A stretch of 64,000 nucleotides of DNA, taken from NCBI GenBank assembly GCA_965215885.1, contig CBDCEW010000091.1, forward strand, positions 1 through 64,000, given 5' to 3'. This document shows, in pieces, positions 60,320 through 64,000 of this stretch. The notes beneath the pieces were generated by a model. It was not told where the DNA came from. It was given only the letters and a program-made list of their open reading frames with translations, and did not search any database. How positions within the stretch are numbered: the first letter of the stretch is position 1; every line of letters begins with the position of its first letter. The position numbers and the translations under genes were made by a program. The DNA is from Candidatus Moanibacter sp. (GTDB lineage: Bacteria; Verrucomicrobiota; Verrucomicrobiia; Opitutales; UBA2987).

Positions 60320-62029
60320 CTAAGCGGTGTATATAGTTAAACCATCCAGCGTTTTTCGGTCACCGCGAAAAGCCAGGCTGGCGACATACCCAATCAGATA
60401 GCAGGAAGCCATTCCCGTGAAAATATAAACAAAGAAGTGCAGAGGGCTATGCATTTTCACAAAGTACTGTATCACACCGCTTGCGAAGAACCCGACGAGT
60501 ACGCCGGCGCCGTTGGCGCGGGTCGTAAGCACGCCGAGCAGGAATACCCCGCCCAGGCCGCCGCCGAAAAGGCCGAAAAATTCCATCGTTTTGTCGAACA
60601 GGGATCGAATCTCGAAGGTTGCGAGGAAGAGCGCGACCCCGGTTCCGAAGAAACCTAGCACCGCGGTCAGTAAACGTCCGGACAAAAGATAAAAGCGTTC
60701 GCTCGCGGGCGGGCGCAAGCGGCGCTGCAAATCTGTGACGATGACCGCCGATGAGCTGTTAATGGCGCTGTCGAGGCTGGACATGGCGGCCGAAAAAATA
60801 GCCGCGATGAGAAGTCCGGCTATTCCTGCCGGCATCTCGTTGACGATGAATGTGGGAAAGATTTCGTCGGGCGTGCCCATGGACGCGTCGGCGCGCTCCG
60901 GAAAAGCGCGGTAGTAGCCGTAGATGGCGGTGCCCACCGCCAGGAGGAGCCAGCTTGTGAGAACACCGACGAACCCGGCAAGCCAGACGCTGCGGGCAGC
61001 CTGTTTTTCGTCCCGCGTCGAGATATACCGCTGAACCAGCGTCTGGTTGGCGATGTAGTTTTTAAACCCGCCGACCCAATGGAGCATGAAGACCCAGACG
61101 GTTGCGGTCGTAAGATCGAGGTTCCAGTCGAACGCCTTGAGTTTTCCGGCTTCCGACGCGGCGGTGATAATCTCCGGCGCGCCACCGGGTACTCGGGAAG
61201 CGACAAGAATAATCGCAAGCAATGCGCCACCCATCATCACCAGAACCTGCACGAAATCGGTCCAAATCACCGCTTCCACGCCCCCCAAGAGGGTGTATAT
61301 TGTCGCGATCACCCCCATGATCGCGATGCAGACAAAAATATTCATGTCCGCGACGACGGCCAGAGCGATCGCGGGAAGCAGGAAGAGGATGCCCATGCGG
61401 GCGATTTCGTATACCAGAAACGCGGTGCTGCCGACGATCCTGACGCTCAGATCAAAACGCGCTTCCAGGTACTCGTAAACGGTGGTGATATTCAGGCGGC
61501 AGTAGAACGGGATGACGAGCTTCGCGACGAACCAGGCGGCCGCCAGATTTCCGACCGGGAGCAGGAAATACAGCCAGTTGGTGTCGAAGGATTTAGCGGG
61601 CAGCGACATGTAGGAGACCGCACTCAGTTTCGTCGCCACGATGCTCAGACCGGCTGCGTACCAGACCACCCTTTTGCCTCCGCGGAAATAGTCATCGGTC
61701 GACTTTTCCCACTTGGAAAAATAAAAACCGACGAGGAGCAGAAAACCGAAGTAAGCGGCCAGCGCGAAATAATCCATCGATCCGAGACCACTCGATTTAA
61801 CATCAGCGACTTCCCCTACAGTCGCGATAGGGGTTACCGCGAGCGCGGGGTCGACGGCTCCGAACGCGCTCGGCACGACCGTGAGACAGAGCAGAAGCCG
61901 GAGAACGAGAGAACGTCGAAGCGAAAGCAGCACGTCAACTATGGGCGGAAACGCTATACAGAATTGCGCAAGCACGGCCCCTCGTGCAAGGCTGGGTGCC
62001 GTCGCCGGCCCGATCGAACGCGGTTTCAC
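60320..62029 (-). CDS. Sodium:solute symporter (SSS family); true start probably downstream of 62029
   Basis: DYFRGG, GLSIVAT.LS..SY, YEYLEARF, YTLLGGVEAVIWTDFVQ, Q..VQRY, AAMSSLDS. Confidence 0.92.
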   Translation of the reverse strand: MKPRSIGPATAPSLARGAVLAQFCIAFPPIVDVLLSLRRSLVLRLLLCLTVVPSAFGAVDPALAVTPIATVGEVADVKSSGLGSMDYFALAAYFGFLLLVGFYFSKWEKSTDDYFRGGKRVVWYAAGLSIVATKLSAVSYMSLPAKSFDTNWLYFLLPVGNLAAAWFVAKLVIPFYCRLNITTVYEYLEARFDLSVRIVGSTAFLVYEIARMGILFLLPAIALAVVADMNIFVCIAIMGVIATIYTLLGGVEAVIWTDFVQVLVMMGGALLAIILVASRVPGGAPEIITAASEAGKLKAFDWNLDLTTATVWVFMLHWVGGFKNYIANQTLVQRYISTRDEKQAARSVWLAGFVGVLTSWLLLAVGTAIYGYYRAFPERADASMGTPDEIFPTFIVNEMPAGIAGLLIAAIFSAAMSSLDSAINSSSAVIVTDLQRRLRPPASERFYLLSGRLLTAVLGFFGTGVALFLATFEIRSLFDKTMEFFGLFGGGLGGVFLLGVLTTRANGAGVLVGFFASGVIQYFVKMHSPLHFFVYIFTGMASCYLIGYVASLAFRGDRKTLDGLTIYTA

Positions 62030-63935
62030 AGGCCTCGCCGAATTCCCCGTAGGGAGCGAACGCCGTCCTCGCGATGGTCCGAAACTGATCCAAAGTAAGC
62101 GTTTCTACGGGATCATCCGACTTGCTGCGCCGGTAAACCTGCGCGTTTTCCGGTTGCTGCCCGCCGCCGGCTATGAGCGCCGCGGTCGTTTTCGCCCATT
62201 GGCTGGCAGTGTCCGCGTTTAAGGGCGCTTCCGGTCGAGCGTTGTAGCCGTGAAAGAATCCTTTCGTTCCGAAATACTGCACCGCCGAAACCCAATCCTC
62301 GCGACAAGCCATATCAAAGTCGTTAAAGAAAGAGATCATGATTCCATTCTCGACAAGCTTGCGTTGAAGTTCGTCGCACTTCAGTTCAGCGGGCGGGCAT
62401 TTCCTGGCCGAGGCCAGGGCGGCGGCGTAACCGGCGGACTCGCCCACGTGCATCATGACCGGCTCTACACGCAGTGTTCCCCAACCGACATGGCTCGAAG
62501 AGAGGCAGCCGGTGACTATCAGATTATCGATCTCCTTCGGAAGCAGTGTCCTGAATGGGATCTGTGACGGACGGGTAAGCTCAGAAAGTAGAATCTTCCC
62601 GTCGCGGCGACTCCCCGGTCGCGCTTCAAAGCTGACGGAATGCGAATCCATCGGGTGTTCGGCAATGGCGATGCTGTCGTGGTGGATGGGCGCGCGTTTC
62701 AAGCCTGGCGCGAGGGTGGCGTCGTGCTCCGTGAATACGTATCTGCCGACAATGCGGCGCGCTTCGCGCACATACAATTCATAGGGGACGTTCTCGTTAT
62801 CGGCGAACTCGTCTTTCGCCAGACCCCACTGCTGCGCTTCTTCGCGAAGCGCTTCTGGAACCGCTTCGTCGTGCTGCAGAAAGTAGAGAAATCCCAATGC
62901 GTGATCTCGATGCCGCTTCAGGATCGCTTTTCTCGTCTCCCAATCACCGTCGGGATAGTCGTCCGCGCCACCTGGAAGATTGGCGGCATTCCATTTCATT
63001 TTTCCGTTGGCCAATCGAGTGCCGAGACCCCACCGGTTTCGCATTTTGAGAAAGACTTCGCGGTCATATTCGTCGGGCTTTGCCGGGAGGACACGGTTGT
63101 CCGGATGAGAACAGAGACATATGCGCAGGTTGTAAGCCTGAACCTTGCTGTCGCCTGTCCCCGTACTGCCGGCGAAGACTTCACCGGTGCATCCGTCGTA
63201 AGGGACCAGGTTCAGCTGACCCTCCACGGCTTCACGTGGATAACCTCCTTGGCCTATGCGTGAGAATTGTAGCGAAGTGAAAATCTTACCAGCGTGAAAC
63301 TCGCCATATTCGCCGCGGCTTTCCCGACCCACACGGTACGGTATCCCTGCCGCCGCCGCAACGTCCCCCTCGTAGGTGGCATCTACGAATAACGGTCCGG
63401 AGACATTCAAGTCGGGCCTGCCATCAAAGTAACGGAAGATGACGGCGTCGATTGCCCGGCCACATCGTATAACGGAAAGGGGGTAGCACCCTCGCTCGAT
63501 TGAAATGAGGCTTTCCGCCTCGACGATTCGGCGGATTGCTGCTTCTCCGACATGCGGTTCGTAGTGGAGCCGCCCGTAGTAGCCTTTTGAGGTATCCTCA
63601 ACAGGGCGGTCTTCTTCTAGAACCGTTGTCGCCTTTTGATCGATCCAGTACTGCGACGGTGCTCGCGTCAGACACGATCGGTATTCATCGGAGTCCTCGC
63701 CATATTTCTTTCGGTAGTGATTAAGCACCCCTTCACAGAACTCACTCAGGACATTGCATCTCCGCCCGGTGAACTGCGTATCCAGGGTACTGAGACCGCT
63801 ACTGAGGATGCCGCCAATATGGTCGTGATAGTGAGTCAGAAGGACCTGTAATCCTTCACGGGCTGCCCGCACCGAGCAAGCAATGCCGCCCGGAGTAGCT
63901 CCCACCACAATGAGGTCGAACTCTTTCCTTTTCAC
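61935..63935 (-). CDS. FAD-dependent oxidoreductase (FAD_oxidored family)
   Basis: DLIVVGATPGG, VDATYEGD, QAYNLR, YVREARR, LRVEPVMM. Confidence 0.9.
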   Translation of the reverse strand: MKRKEFDLIVVGATPGGIACSVRAAREGLQVLLTHYHDHIGGILSSGLSTLDTQFTGRRCNVLSEFCEGVLNHYRKKYGEDSDEYRSCLTRAPSQYWIDQKATTVLEEDRPVEDTSKGYYGRLHYEPHVGEAAIRRIVEAESLISIERGCYPLSVIRCGRAIDAVIFRYFDGRPDLNVSGPLFVDATYEGDVAAAAGIPYRVGRESRGEYGEFHAGKIFTSLQFSRIGQGGYPREAVEGQLNLVPYDGCTGEVFAGSTGTGDSKVQAYNLRICLCSHPDNRVLPAKPDEYDREVFLKMRNRWGLGTRLANGKMKWNAANLPGGADDYPDGDWETRKAILKRHRDHALGFLYFLQHDEAVPEALREEAQQWGLAKDEFADNENVPYELYVREARRIVGRYVFTEHDATLAPGLKRAPIHHDSIAIAEHPMDSHSVSFEARPGSRRDGKILLSELTRPSQIPFRTLLPKEIDNLIVTGCLSSSHVGWGTLRVEPVMMHVGESAGYAAALASARKCPPAELKCDELQRKLVENGIMISFFNDFDMACREDWVSAVQYFGTKGFFHGYNARPEAPLNADTASQWAKTTAALIAGGGQQPENAQVYRRSKSDDPVETLTLDQFRTIARTAFAPYGEFGEACETAFDRAGDGTQPCTRGRACAILYSVSAHS

Positions 63936-64000
63936 GGATTGGTCGTTAATCCGTCATTCACGATTGGTTGAAGGGAAGGAGAATTCACTGGACCTTATTG

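Noticed and set aside
1..64000. CRISPR array or cas genes
   Set aside because: No regularly spaced direct repeats with unique spacers and no Cas-like ORFs; the repeats present are dispersed palindromes, MITEs or attC sites.

Overview
64 kb of a bacterial chromosome, probably Verrucomicrobiota/Opitutales (inferred from the N-terminally extended GreA, the sulfatase, FAD-oxidoreductase and PhyH gene repertoire, and the intergenic repeat types). It opens with a housekeeping block (ispE, ptsI, greA, rsmB, tRNA-Leu-TAA). This is followed by an integrase-less array of integron cassettes (CALIN, ~7.0-9.4 kb) made mostly of intact and decayed toxin-antitoxin modules. The rest is an accessory catabolic region: SDRs, sulfatases, epimerases, a lactonase, a mandelate racemase, FAD oxidoreductases, ABC and SSS transporters, a porin and a hybrid kinase. 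Intergenic DNA is crowded with non-autonomous mobile elements. The standout is a 663-nt ORF-less group II intron (21783-22445) inserted in the terminal inverted repeat of a 182-bp CTAG-ended MITE. Its EBS1 and putative EBS2 are complementary to that TIR, so every MITE copy offers potential homing sites. Other highlights are a 95-97-bp IS200/IS605-type palindromic mini-element present twice, one copy splitting a gene; a HEAT/Zn-ribbon/PD-(D/E)XK nuclease gene bracketed by 28-29-bp inverted repeats; and a sugar-isomerase/class-III-aminotransferase fusion. About seven genes carry single-base frameshifts or a nonsense codon, which may be long-read assembly errors. No CRISPR array, rRNA or integron integrase was seen.
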